A DNA stretch of 64,000 nt from Escherichia phage VpaE1_ev035: the sequence record LR699048; one strand, given 5' to 3'. The notes under the pieces are model-generated. The model saw nothing but the letters and a program-made list of their open reading frames with translations. It did not search any database and was not told the DNA's origin. The position numbers and the translations under genes are program-made. Position 1 is the first letter of the stretch. Every line of letters starts with the position of its first letter. Shown here piece after piece: positions 1-8,924 of the stretch.

Positions 1-7
1 GATTACA

Positions 8-2299
8 ATGACACCTGAAATGTTCAGCCTTTTGAGTTCTGGTGTATATACCTTTAAAGAAAGGGCAGTGATTCGTGAACTGTCATGTAACGCAGTAGAT
101 GCTCAGAAAGAGGCTGGAAAAGAGAACATCCCGTTCCATGTGCATTTACCTACTCGTTTTGAGCCTTACTTTGAAGTTCGTGATTTTGGAACTGGATTGA
201 CTCATGATAAAGTTATGAGTTTGTACCTAAACTATGGGGCTTCTACGAAGAATGACTCTAATGACTACATTGGTGCAATGGGTATCGGCTCAAAATCACC
301 ATTTGCAATTGCTCAGTCATTCACAGTGTCTAGCTATGTTGACGGTGTTGTTAATAAGTACTCTGTTTATCTTGAGAATGGTATCCCTCAAGTAACTAAG
401 CTAACCACTAACCCAACAAAAGAACCTAATGGTTTAGCTGTACGTGTAGCAGTTGCTGACCACCGTATTTCAAAGTTCTTTGAAGAGGCTGGTAATGTAT
501 ACTCATACTTTGCTGTAAAACCAGAGAGTAATGTGGAGTATAATGATATATTAGCAGATATGGATGTGATTGCTCGTGAAGAAGGTGTCTATGATGCCAT
601 GACTCATAAGCATAGCTGGCGTTCAAGCAGCAATAGAACAGAGTTTAACGTGGTTATGGGTAATATTGCCTACCCAGTTAATATGGAGGCATTACTTGGT
701 GATGATTTCTTCAAAGTATTACCAGAATTTTTCCGCAGGAGCATAGACCTTGTAAACATCTACATGCCTATTGGTTCAGTTGCTATTGCAGCTTCTCGTG
801 AAGCATTGCAGATGAATGACACGACAAAAAATGTTATCATCGAGGCTACTAAAAAGATAACTGAAGCAATTACAAAGGATGTTATCAAGAAAGTTAATAG
901 TCAACCTACACTCATGGATGCTGCACAGGCTTATGCTGAGTTACGCTTGAACTCACGAGAGATGTTTAATGTTGTGTGTCCAAAGCTAGAGTGGGGAGGT
1001 GTTAAGCTTGATTCTCTGGAAGAAGAATTACTAAACATTCGTCGTGGAATTATCTACGCAGAAGACGGCTCAGTCATTTACGAACGTGACGGTAAAGGCA
1101 ATATTAAGGTTGATAGGAACGGGAACAATATCCCTAAAGTAGATTATCTTTATGACCCAGTTGCTTATGTCAAGTTCAACTCTTTAGAGAGTAAGATTCG
1201 TGCAACATCGCTTTCCTACACTCAAGAGGCAAGTATGTTCAATATCTTTGGCGCAATGCGTAAAAGCCAAATTGAACAGTTTTTGTTTGTTATAAATGAC
1301 CGTCGCAATAAAAACGGTACTGAGAAGACTGTAGGACGCAATCAAATCTTGCGTGGTGCATGTCGAGACTATGCCAGTGAGTCGAGTCTGTTTCACAGAT
1401 ACAATGGTATTGTTTTTGTATTCTCGACTGAAAAAGAGCTAGACGACTTAATCAATCTGCACAAACTTGATAAAAGCTTGTTAAAGATTGTGAAGATGTC
1501 TGATAAGGAACACCATTATCAGCGTAAAGAAGCTGTAAGAGGCGTTGTAAAACTTTGGAAAGCTGTTCCAGCAGAAGGTGTAGCTTCCTATAAAGAGGTT
1601 TCAGAGGACTTTGATACAATTGAAGAACCTCAGCTTTACATTAAGGCAGTCGGTGACACAGTTGATGGTGAATGTTTTTGCTCATCTCCAGAAGATGTAG
1701 CTAAGTCAGTTGCTAATGTTACAGGTAAGACAGTCTATGTTTTCCGAAAAGCAAATTGGAAAAAGATACCAGAAGACTGGATTGAAGTAGATGAGAAACT
1801 CTTGAACGACAGCTTAACTGATGTTCATTGGATTAATCATAACAGGTATATGACACGTATCTATATGAATGGTGTCCTCGACCTTACAAGCAGTTGGATT
1901 ATTGCCAGAAACTTTACGTTCAATAACAGGAAGATTTCTCGTGGCTATTGTTATTCACGGGATACAAACAAAACTATCTTCTTAGAAGGTAATGAAGATG
2001 CTGTAGAGGCAATGTTTGGTAAAATCCAATACGTTGCTGCACCGTTTGCATATACTTACACTATTAGTAGGTTGCAAACTTTGAAAGACTGCCTTGACAA
2101 TGATACAAAGCTGTACAAGAAAATTAAGAAAGCTGGTGACCGCATGGTCATTAAGGTGACAAACTACCTTTCAAAAAGAAAACAAGAAAACTTCTTGCTT
2201 TCTCATTTAGATTGGGATAAAGTGTCACCCATCGAAGTGAGTAAGTTCTTAGGCTTTGATGTGAAGTGTGTTCCAGAAGGGACTACAATTTACGATTAA
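8..2299 (+). CDS. rIIA: rIIA-like protein with N-terminal GHKL (histidine-kinase-like) ATPase fold
   Basis: 763-aa ORF; N-terminal motifs ELSCNAVDA (N box), DFGTGLT (G1), GAMGIGSKS (G2) typical of GHKL ATPases as found in T4-type rIIA; size and position next to a second large ORF fit rIIA/rIIB pair. Confidence 0.5.
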   Translation: MTPEMFSLLSSGVYTFKERAVIRELSCNAVDAQKEAGKENIPFHVHLPTRFEPYFEVRDFGTGLTHDKVMSLYLNYGASTKNDSNDYIGAMGIGSKSPFAIAQSFTVSSYVDGVVNKYSVYLENGIPQVTKLTTNPTKEPNGLAVRVAVADHRISKFFEEAGNVYSYFAVKPESNVEYNDILADMDVIAREEGVYDAMTHKHSWRSSSNRTEFNVVMGNIAYPVNMEALLGDDFFKVLPEFFRRSIDLVNIYMPIGSVAIAASREALQMNDTTKNVIIEATKKITEAITKDVIKKVNSQPTLMDAAQAYAELRLNSREMFNVVCPKLEWGGVKLDSLEEELLNIRRGIIYAEDGSVIYERDGKGNIKVDRNGNNIPKVDYLYDPVAYVKFNSLESKIRATSLSYTQEASMFNIFGAMRKSQIEQFLFVINDRRNKNGTEKTVGRNQILRGACRDYASESSLFHRYNGIVFVFSTEKELDDLINLHKLDKSLLKIVKMSDKEHHYQRKEAVRGVVKLWKAVPAEGVASYKEVSEDFDTIEEPQLYIKAVGDTVDGECFCSSPEDVAKSVANVTGKTVYVFRKANWKKIPEDWIEVDEKLLNDSLTDVHWINHNRYMTRIYMNGVLDLTSSWIIARNFTFNNRKISRGYCYSRDTNKTIFLEGNEDAVEAMFGKIQYVAAPFAYTYTISRLQTLKDCLDNDTKLYKKIKKAGDRMVIKVTNYLSKRKQENFLLSHLDWDKVSPIEVSKFLGFDVKCVPEGTTIYD

Positions 2300-2305
2300 A
2301 GTGTT

Positions 2306-2335
2306 TGACAAGGGGCTTTGAAGCCCCTTAGAATA
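2306..2335 (+). promoter_or_regulatory. putative sigma70-like promoter with hairpin in spacer
   Basis: TTGACA, 18-nt spacer containing AGGGGCTTTGAAGCCCCT inverted repeat, TAGAAT. Confidence 0.35.
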
Positions 2336-2378
2336 GCCTTACAAAATGATTTATTAACTAACAAGAGAGAGTAATAAG

Positions 2379-3488
2379 ATGACTACTAAAACTAAAGCAC
2401 AGATTGACGCAGAAATTTACAAACTGGTTAAAGAAGGTAAGCTGACTAAAACAGCTATTGCACAGAAGTTCAATACTTCAACCCGTTCAGTTGGTCGTGC
2501 TGTAGAGCGTCATGAAGCAACCTTAAAAGGGAAGAAGAAGGCGACTTCTACACCAGCTACGAAGACTTTGAAGCAAGTTGCTAAGACTTTTAAAAAGAAA
2601 GCTGACAAACCAGTTGAAAAGATTGTTAAAGATGCTGTACAGAAAGCTCCAGTAAATAAACTGCACGAAGCTATGCAGAAAGATGACAAGATTGAGTACA
2701 TGATTACTGGTGACTCTGTAATTATGACTTACGGTTCAGAATCTGAAATTGTTGAGTCTACTCATCCGAACTATCAAGAGATTGTAGTTCATGTTGTGAA
2801 AGGTGAGTTCAAAAAAGCCTTTGAACTGATGAACATTCGTAAGTCTATCGAAAACTTCACTCAGGGCGCTATCACAATCAAAGGTGACAAGTTATTCTAC
2901 GGTGCTGTTGAGATGCGTTCTACTCTGGTTGACCGTATTCTTCACATGATGAAGACTGGAGATAAAGGTTTCGAACGCCTTGTGATGTTCTTCGAAAAAC
3001 TGATGGAAAACCCATCTAAAGATTCCGTAGAACAACTTTGGGGCTTCGTATCTCACCTTGATGTTGAAATTGATGAAGAAGGCTACATCATTGGTTGGAA
3101 GAAAGTCTCTACTCGTGAAGGCAAACTGGTTGACTCTCACACCTACAAAGTACCTAATGATTTGGGTAACATTGTAGAGATGCCACGTTGGATGGTTGAT
3201 AACAACCGTAACGTAACTTGCTCTCAAGGTCTTCATGTTGGTGCTTGGGATTATGTTCGTTGCTTCTCAGGTGATACCATCCTGAAGGTTCGTGTCCATC
3301 CACGAGATGTTGTATCTGTTCCAACTGATTACAACGATATGAAGATGCGCTCATCCCGTTATGAAGTTGCAGCAATCGTTGATAATCAGCGTAAAGTGCT
3401 GAAAGCGTGGGATGGTAAGACTGAAGCTTTGCATGTCATCGTTGGTACTGCTGGTGAACTTATCTCTCAACGTAAACGTGAAATCTAA
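2379..3488 (+). CDS. possible rIIB-like protein (positional inference only)
   Basis: 369-aa ORF immediately downstream of rIIA-like gene, ATG with upstream RBS, followed by intrinsic terminator; no diagnostic motif recognised. Confidence 0.35.
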   Translation: MTTKTKAQIDAEIYKLVKEGKLTKTAIAQKFNTSTRSVGRAVERHEATLKGKKKATSTPATKTLKQVAKTFKKKADKPVEKIVKDAVQKAPVNKLHEAMQKDDKIEYMITGDSVIMTYGSESEIVESTHPNYQEIVVHVVKGEFKKAFELMNIRKSIENFTQGAITIKGDKLFYGAVEMRSTLVDRILHMMKTGDKGFERLVMFFEKLMENPSKDSVEQLWGFVSHLDVEIDEEGYIIGWKKVSTREGKLVDSHTYKVPNDLGNIVEMPRWMVDNNRNVTCSQGLHVGAWDYVRCFSGDTILKVRVHPRDVVSVPTDYNDMKMRSSRYEVAAIVDNQRKVLKAWDGKTEALHVIVGTAGELISQRKREI

Positions 3489-3504
3489 TAAGTAATTTCT
3501 TAAA

Positions 3505-3529
3505 AGGCTGCTTAGGCGGCCTTTTTTAT
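3505..3529 (+). terminator. rho-independent terminator
   Basis: GC hairpin AGGCTGC-TTAG-GCGGCCT followed by T7 run. Confidence 0.65.
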
Positions 3530-3557
3530 TTGTATTTTGTGCAGAGTGCTGTATAAT
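3528..3557 (+). promoter_or_regulatory. putative promoter upstream of SLT gene
   Basis: TTGTAT ... TGTATAAT (TATAAT -10 with upstream TG). Confidence 0.3.
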
Positions 3558-3588
3558 TGTTGTCACGATAAACTAAACAGGAGAACCA

Positions 3589-4137
3589 ATGAAGAAATTG
3601 ATTCTAGGTTTGTGCTTAATGTTTACAGCACAATTAGCTTATGCAGTTGACTGCCCAGAGCTATCAATTAGCCAAAAAGTAAACATGTTAAAAGCTTACC
3701 AGTATGGTGAGAATAACATGGGCAAAGGTTGGGGTATCACTCTAGCTGCTATAGCCTTACAAGAGTCAGAGTTAGGTCTGAAGGTAGAGAATAAAAAGAC
3801 ACACGATTATGGTATTTTCCAGAATCACTTGAAGACTGTTGTAAAGCGTAACAAAATTAGCCCTAATGTGGCTAAAAAGAAACTCTTAAGAGACTTTGAT
3901 TATGCTGCAAAAGAAACACATAAAGAGCTTGAGTTTTGGACAAAGGTACATGGTCAACCAAAGTCAAAGAAGACTTTACAAAAAGTTTTAGCATCTTATA
4001 ATGCTGGGTATTCATACAAAATTCCTAAAGCTAAGAAATATTCTCAAGATGTCTATAACAATATGAAAGTGATTGCTCAATGTGAATTTGCAACAAACAT
4101 TTCTAAGGTAAACCATGAAAAAATTAAGAAAGTCTGA
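3589..4137 (+). CDS. secreted lytic transglycosylase (SLT domain) with N-terminal signal peptide
   Basis: Signal-like N-terminus MKKLILGLCLMFTAQLAYA; SLT family motifs in order: ES (LQESELG), GIFQ (GLMQ-like), AYNAG; AGGAG RBS before ATG. Confidence 0.6.
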   Translation: MKKLILGLCLMFTAQLAYAVDCPELSISQKVNMLKAYQYGENNMGKGWGITLAAIALQESELGLKVENKKTHDYGIFQNHLKTVVKRNKISPNVAKKKLLRDFDYAAKETHKELEFWTKVHGQPKSKKTLQKVLASYNAGYSYKIPKAKKYSQDVYNNMKVIAQCEFATNISKVNHEKIKKV

Positions 4138-4810
4138 TGAAGTACTGTGCCATGCTTACGACTTGCACCCTCATGAGTTAGGTCTTGATTCCTGTGTATG
4201 GACTCCAGAACAGTGCAGGGATTTTGAAGATACTGCAAGAGAAGTTGTATGTTCACTTGAAGAGTTCCACACATCAGAACCAATTGTGAGCGTTGTGGAC
4301 AAAGAGACTGGACAAACTGTAGGCGTAAGGCGTGACAGCTTAGTCATAGTCAATAAAGACCTTGTAGAAAAAGGTAACCTTATCTTAGCAGACATTGATG
4401 GTGTTCTTACAAATTTTAATCACGAAGATTACTCAACGGAATTGATTGATGGGTCATTTTCACAGTACACTAATTTGCTTGACTCTGTAAGTGCAAAGCC
4501 AACGTATGTTTTCAATATCATTGATGCAATTGCTAATCATGCTGCCATTGGACTCTTGACAGCTAGAGGTGAATCTCAGAGAATCCCTACTGAGATGTTT
4601 TTAAGGCATTACATAGAGCATGATTACATGCTTTTTATGCGTGGTTTTGGAACTAACTCTATAAATGCAGAAAGTTTGAAAGTGAGGATGATTCAGTCTT
4701 GCATTCTTCCTTACTTTAATATAGTATGCTTTATAGAAGATACAGAGAAGAATGTTCAGAAGGTAAACAGAATCCTTCCACACATTAAAACCATGTTAGT
4801 TAAACATTGA
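4115..4810 (+). CDS. HAD-superfamily hydrolase-like protein (possible nucleotidase/phosphatase)
   Basis: ORF track; motif ADIDGVLT resembles HAD motif I (DxDG[TV]), LLTARG motif II-like; start uncertain (overlaps upstream gene). Confidence 0.4.
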   Translation: MKKLRKSDEVLCHAYDLHPHELGLDSCVWTPEQCRDFEDTAREVVCSLEEFHTSEPIVSVVDKETGQTVGVRRDSLVIVNKDLVEKGNLILADIDGVLTNFNHEDYSTELIDGSFSQYTNLLDSVSAKPTYVFNIIDAIANHAAIGLLTARGESQRIPTEMFLRHYIEHDYMLFMRGFGTNSINAESLKVRMIQSCILPYFNIVCFIEDTEKNVQKVNRILPHIKTMLVKH

Positions 4811-4821
4811 GAGAAGAACTT

Positions 4822-5286
4822 ATGAACAATATCATTACGGTAGCACTGGACGATACGGCAAACAAATCTGAAGTAGTTCGTAAAATGATTCAAGGTAACT
4901 TTGAAGGTAAAATTTTCCGTGCTGTTAATGTAAAAGCTGATGGTAGCATTCGTGAATATCGTGCATTGTTGAACGTTAAGAAGCACGTAAAAGGTGTTGG
5001 TTCAACGACTGCACACAAAGAAAACCTGATGACTATCTATGATATGGGTAAGGCTTCAGAGTTAGGTGCTGAAGGTATCGTTAAAGAAGGTGCTCCGTAT
5101 CGCTCTTTCAATCTGGAAACTACTCTTATGCTTTCCTTTACAAGTGGTTCTAAAACAATCACTTATCTCTTTACTGATGCTGCAACGGTATCTGCTATTA
5201 AGGATAGCACTGTCAAAGCTGGCGTAGTTGCTGCTGCAAAAGCTTCTTCGATGGCTGCGAATATCCTTGCTAAAGTCCTCGGTTAA
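4822..5286 (+). CDS. hypothetical protein
   Basis: ORF track frame 4807..5286 (TTG); first ATG at 4822 preceded by GAGAGAAG RBS; followed by intrinsic terminator. Confidence 0.5.
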   Translation: MNNIITVALDDTANKSEVVRKMIQGNFEGKIFRAVNVKADGSIREYRALLNVKKHVKGVGSTTAHKENLMTIYDMGKASELGAEGIVKEGAPYRSFNLETTLMLSFTSGSKTITYLFTDAATVSAIKDSTVKAGVVAAAKASSMAANILAKVLG

Positions 5287-5296
5287 GGTTAAGATA

Positions 5297-5321
5297 CAGG
5301 CTCCTTCGGGAGCCTTTTTCA
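5297..5321 (+). terminator. rho-independent terminator
   Basis: CAGGCTCC-TTCG-GGAGCCT followed by TTTTTC. Confidence 0.7.
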
Positions 5322-5338
5322 TTTTAGGAGATTGTTAA

Positions 5339-5686
5339 ATGACATTTAAAGAGTTCTGTCAAGCTACTTTCATAATTGTTTTCTTAGTTGGTGCAGGTGT
5401 CTGGGGAGGATACTCTTACAGAGACTATCAAGTTGCTGAAACTGAGCTAAATAATGAGAAACTAATAAGTGTTGCTAAAGATGCTTATCAGGAAGGTTTA
5501 GCCACACTCAGCACCAATTACAAAAATGATTTGAAAGATGTGCTTGCTAAGAATAAGCATACAAAAGAGGTACTAACATATGAAAAAACTAAGCCAGAGT
5601 TTTATAATGTTTGTGTTACTGATAACTATGTCAGGGTGTTCAACGAACAAAGTGAGCAGTACATTCAAAAACTCCCAAGTAAGTGA
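5339..5686 (+). CDS. membrane protein with N-terminal TM helix; i-spanin candidate
   Basis: N-terminal hydrophobic segment FIIVFLVGAGVWGG then charged/coiled region; a lipoprotein gene starts inside its 3' end in another frame. Confidence 0.4.
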   Translation: MTFKEFCQATFIIVFLVGAGVWGGYSYRDYQVAETELNNEKLISVAKDAYQEGLATLSTNYKNDLKDVLAKNKHTKEVLTYEKTKPEFYNVCVTDNYVRVFNEQSEQYIQKLPSK

Positions 5687-5849
5687 GAGTGATAAGTACA
5701 CCCAAGAAGAATCACGGTATATCATCAAAGGCAACACAGGCAGTGATGTAGCAGCAGCCCTTGAGTTCTATCGTGACGGCTTTTACCAGTGCACAATCAA
5801 AGCTAACAACCTTATTGACATGATTTTATTAGGGAATAAGCAGCAATGA
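5580..5849 (+). CDS. lipoprotein; o-spanin candidate (overlapping partner of 5339-5686)
   Basis: Lipobox-like LITMSGC after signal sequence; start embedded out of frame in upstream TM-protein gene; AAGAGG RBS. Confidence 0.4.
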   Translation: MKKLSQSFIMFVLLITMSGCSTNKVSSTFKNSQVSESDKYTQEESRYIIKGNTGSDVAAALEFYRDGFYQCTIKANNLIDMILLGNKQQ

Positions 5850-6115
5850 CAGAGAATCAAGATACTTTTTACGTAGAAGGGTACTTACTGTTACCACGAC
5901 CAAAAGAAACTTATATGCGAATTGATTTCTTACCAACCATTATGGATAATGTGATGTGCCATATCTTTATGCAAGGTGTCACAGCACAACTTAAGCATGT
6001 TGGTAAAGAGTGCAAAATAAAGGTTGACACTCATCCAGAAATCAAAGAGAATCACTACACATGGTTCTTACCAGACTCTAAAGAAATCTTAGCAGTTCTT
6101 AAAACGAGGAAATGA
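5846..6115 (+). CDS. hypothetical protein
   Basis: ORF track; stop/start overlap with neighbours suggests operon. Confidence 0.45.
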   Translation: MTENQDTFYVEGYLLLPRPKETYMRIDFLPTIMDNVMCHIFMQGVTAQLKHVGKECKIKVDTHPEIKENHYTWFLPDSKEILAVLKTRK

Positions 6116-6426
6116 TTATGCAATTCCAGCCAACAAATCGTGGATTTTCTTATGCAGAATTTAAAGATGCTAAAGGGGAAATTTGTACTTTACAAGAGAG
6201 TTCATCATACGAACCATGTATCTGGTTAGGTGCTAAAGAGGTCTCTGTTCAGTACCTAGATAATGGCTGGAAAACACTTGATATCCCAGCATTAGTTGGT
6301 AAAGATTTTGTAGGTAATCAAAGAATGAAGCTCAATCAGGAACAGGTAAAAGAGTTGTTGCCGTACCTCCAATACTTTGCTGAAAATGGTGAATTACCAA
6401 CAGAGGAACTTACAAATGCAGATTAA
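6112..6426 (+). CDS. hypothetical protein
   Basis: ORF track; overlapping stop/start with upstream ORF. Confidence 0.45.
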   Translation: MIMQFQPTNRGFSYAEFKDAKGEICTLQESSSYEPCIWLGAKEVSVQYLDNGWKTLDIPALVGKDFVGNQRMKLNQEQVKELLPYLQYFAENGELPTEELTNAD

Positions 6427-6739
6427 TGGAAGAGACTTTGTAGCCGTTTACTACGAGAAGGATAAAGAGGTTGGTGTAGCACAAGTAACCTACGGCAACG
6501 GTAAGTGGTTATATGGAACAATAGCAGTAGTAGGAACAAGAAGTGATACAAAAACCTTTAAAGATTGTGTTGACCTTCTTGAAGAATCCATCCAGAATCA
6601 TTGGTGTCTGATATGGATGACTGACAACGAAGTGATGGAGCGTTTCAAAAAGATTGATATCAACATTGACAGTATTGAGCATGTTGATTTATATGAACTA
6701 ACCGAAAAGGTAAGCTATGAAAGCTCTAGAGGTAATTGA
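6416..6739 (+). CDS. hypothetical protein
   Basis: ORF track frame 6377..6739; internal ATG at 6416 has AGAGGA RBS and overlaps upstream stop, chosen as likelier start. Confidence 0.4.
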   Translation: MQINGRDFVAVYYEKDKEVGVAQVTYGNGKWLYGTIAVVGTRSDTKTFKDCVDLLEESIQNHWCLIWMTDNEVMERFKKIDINIDSIEHVDLYELTEKVSYESSRGN

Positions 6740-6944
6740 CAAAGATACTGGAGAAGTTACATCAGCATGTGTTTTCGTGAGCCACGACACAGTGATACCG
6801 TTTTACAATCTCGATAGTTTTAGTTTTACAGGGATAACTCCAGAAGAATACTTTGAAGACCTTACCTTTGCCAGAATTTCTATAGATACATTCTATAAAT
6901 GCTTCTATGATGAAGGTAAAGAATTACGAGAAACTGAACTATAA
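6717..6944 (+). CDS. hypothetical protein
   Basis: ORF track. Confidence 0.4.
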   Translation: MKALEVIDKDTGEVTSACVFVSHDTVIPFYNLDSFSFTGITPEEYFEDLTFARISIDTFYKCFYDEGKELRETEL

Positions 6945-6956
6945 GGTGTATATTAT

Positions 6957-7157
6957 ATGGCTGACTTCTGCAAAGACTGTTCTATCGAAATGTTTGGACG
7001 TGATACAGGTGACTTAAAAGGTCTTATCACTGAAGATGACTTTAAAGCTGGTTATGCAATGCCAGTAATCTGTGAAGGTTGTGGGTGCATCTGGGTAGAC
7101 CATGAAGGGCAACGTGTAAAACCTTCAGAAGATAAAGAATCTTGGGAGAGATGTTAA
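6957..7157 (+). CDS. small zinc-ribbon protein
   Basis: Two Cys pairs CKDC ... CEGCGC in 66 aa. Confidence 0.45.
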   Translation: MADFCKDCSIEMFGRDTGDLKGLITEDDFKAGYAMPVICEGCGCIWVDHEGQRVKPSEDKESWERC

Positions 7158-7937
7158 ATGGGTATTGTAAAAGTTGTGAAAGGTAATTTACTGGCTGCCT
7201 TCAAAAACACAGACATTGAACTAATTGCTCATGGTTGCAACTGTCGTAATCTCATGGGTGCTGGAATCGCTCAAAAAATTGCTAAGATTTTCCCAAAAGC
7301 AGAAGAAGCTGACCGGAAATTCCATAAGAAGTTTGGCTATAGTGCTCATGATATCGGATACCAGATGATTGGTGAAGTGTCACATGCTCGAACGGAGTAC
7401 GGTTACATTTTTAATCTATACACACAGTTGGATGTTGGGAAGTGCGCATCATACCGATACTTAGTAGAGGCACTGGAAAAACTCCGCAAGTTTTGCTGGA
7501 TGAACTCTATCCGTAAAATTGGATTACCTATGATTGGTGCAGGTATTGGGGGTTTAGATGCGGAGGCTGTAAAAAGCATCATTAATAGTGTCATGCACAA
7601 TGTTGATGTGTACCTTTACGTCTATGATAAAGAGATGGCAAGTGTAGTTACCCCTAAGTATGCTACCTCAGCACCACAATTCTATGATGGTGTCGTGCTA
7701 AGTGACGGGAAGACCAATCAAGTTACCCTCTATCAACTTGTTGAAGGTAAGGTCGAGGTTAGTTACCCTCTGGTTAGTGAGATGGGTATGTGCAACAGTG
7801 AAATGTTCCCAGTTGACCCGTTTGGAAGATATGAAGGTGTATTCTTTGATAACTACCCAGCAGCGTACATCTACACAACAAATCAGGATGAAGTTCACTA
7901 CTTGCTGTATTCTAAAAAGTTCAAATTCATAAGCTGA
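7158..7937 (+). CDS. macro-domain protein (ADP-ribose binding/processing)
   Basis: Motifs VVKGNL...IAHGCNCRNLMGAGIAQKI, IGLPMIGAGIGGLD and VYLYVYD align with canonical macro-domain motifs (VVxGDIT...NAAN..L.GGGGV.GAI, FPAIS.G.YG.P, VYFVCYD). Confidence 0.75.
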   Translation: MGIVKVVKGNLLAAFKNTDIELIAHGCNCRNLMGAGIAQKIAKIFPKAEEADRKFHKKFGYSAHDIGYQMIGEVSHARTEYGYIFNLYTQLDVGKCASYRYLVEALEKLRKFCWMNSIRKIGLPMIGAGIGGLDAEAVKSIINSVMHNVDVYLYVYDKEMASVVTPKYATSAPQFYDGVVLSDGKTNQVTLYQLVEGKVEVSYPLVSEMGMCNSEMFPVDPFGRYEGVFFDNYPAAYIYTTNQDEVHYLLYSKKFKFIS

Positions 7938-7969
7938 TTAGTACTTCACAGTATCTACAAATCATCTAA

Positions 7970-8018
7970 GAAGGCTGCCTAACCCATTGAGAAATTTAAG
8001 GTAAGGCGGCCTTTTTCA
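7970..8018 (+). terminator. putative terminator (long-loop hairpin + T run)
   Basis: AGGCTGCC ... GGCGGCCT TTTTTC, arms as in terminator 3505 but 25-nt loop. Confidence 0.35.
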
Positions 8019-8084
8019 TTTTCAATTTGTGCAGGTATCTGTAGGGGTCTGCACAGATATCCCAAAAAATCTCATCGCCGGATA

Positions 8085-8156
8085 GAAAAATCATTTTCAA
8101 AACGTGCAGACCCCGCTCAGGTCGGGCAAGAAAAATCATTTTAGAATCGTGCAGGT
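8085..8156 (+). repeat. two direct repeats AGAAAAATCATTTT(C/A)(A/G)AA(A/T)CGTGCAG
   Basis: Copies at ~8085-8110 and ~8130-8156 in the intergenic region preceding the cassette array. Confidence 0.5.
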
Positions 8157-8175
8157 AGGTTTTTATAGAGAGCCA

Positions 8176-8245
8176 GACCAACCCCTCTCCCCCTCTTACT
8201 CCCCCTGTCTCTAGAGACAGCTCTTACTCCCCCTCTCCCCAAAAG
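8176..8245 (+). other. polypyrimidine (C/T-rich) tract with embedded perfect palindrome TGTCTCTAGAGACA
   Basis: CCCCTCTCCCCCTCTTACTCCCCCTGTCTCTAGAGACAGCTCTTACTCCCCCTCTCCCC. Confidence 0.5.
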
Positions 8246-8361
8246 TCAAGAGAAAAATTTGTAGCGGATTGAAAAATAATTCTTGATTTGTGTTCTGTTT
8301 TGTGGTAGTCGTGCGCGCCCGTTTCATTACAGTTTTTCCAAAAATATTTTTAAAATTTTTC

Positions 8362-8453
8362 TTGACTCTTTGAACGGGGTTATCTAGTATTTGCATCAAC
8401 GGGAGGGAATGACCTTCCTACTAAATAAAACCCTTAAACTAGGAGATTCAAAA
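8362..8453 (+). promoter_or_regulatory. type-A leader cassette: sigma70-like promoter (TTGACT-N17-TAGTAT) + 5' stem-loop + RBS
   Basis: -35 at 8362-8367, 17-nt spacer, -10 at 8385-8390; stem-loop GGGAGGGAATGACCTTCC; leader CTAAATAAAACCCTTAAACTAGGAGATTCAAAA. Confidence 0.5.
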
Positions 8454-8834
8454 ATGGCATATCGCGCACCTAAATTCATCAATAAAGACAACTTTCGCAA
8501 CGCACTGGAGAAGTCACTTGATGAAAATTTTAAAGGTAACATTATCGTTGTTCACGCATTCAATTTTAAGTATGATGTAAACGGGAATAGAATCAACCAT
8601 TACACGGCAACCATGTTAGATGGTACACTATCAAGTGAAAAAGCCGTACTGAATGCACTAGCAGGACGCGGAAAAGTATTAGTAAGATGCGATAAGCGAC
8701 GTTATCAGGGTGGCGCATATGGTTATGATGATGCTGTTTATCATCTTGAAAATATGGGCTATAAAGTAGAAAAAACTGGGGTATCGCAAATCATCGGGAG
8801 CGATGGTTATGTAACAATCTTCAAAATTAACTGA
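8454..8834 (+). CDS. hypothetical small protein (cassette array ORF 1)
   Basis: ATG preceded by conserved leader ...CTTAAACTAGGAGATTCAAAA; ORF track frame 8391..8834. Confidence 0.55.
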   Translation: MAYRAPKFINKDNFRNALEKSLDENFKGNIIVVHAFNFKYDVNGNRINHYTATMLDGTLSSEKAVLNALAGRGKVLVRCDKRRYQGGAYGYDDAVYHLENMGYKVEKTGVSQIIGSDGYVTIFKIN

Positions 8835-8924
8835 TAAAGTACTTTACAAGGGGCTTATAGTTCGATAGAGTAAGCCCCAGATAAAGAGCTTTACCACTCA
8901 ATCCTAAATTGGAGAATCTGAAAA
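8835..8924 (+). promoter_or_regulatory. type-B leader cassette: GGGGCTTA/TAAGCCCC hairpin + conserved leader with RBS
   Basis: Hairpin GGGGCTTATAGTTCGATAGAGTAAGCCCC then AGATAAAGAGCTTTACCACTCAATCCTAAATTGGAGAATCTGAAAA. Confidence 0.45.

Noticed and set aside
426-4986. Small antisense ORFs within rIIA, rIIB, SLT and HAD-like genes (e.g. 426-626, 1184-1396, 2892-3236, 4601-4783)
   Set aside because: Embedded antisense in longer supported CDSs.
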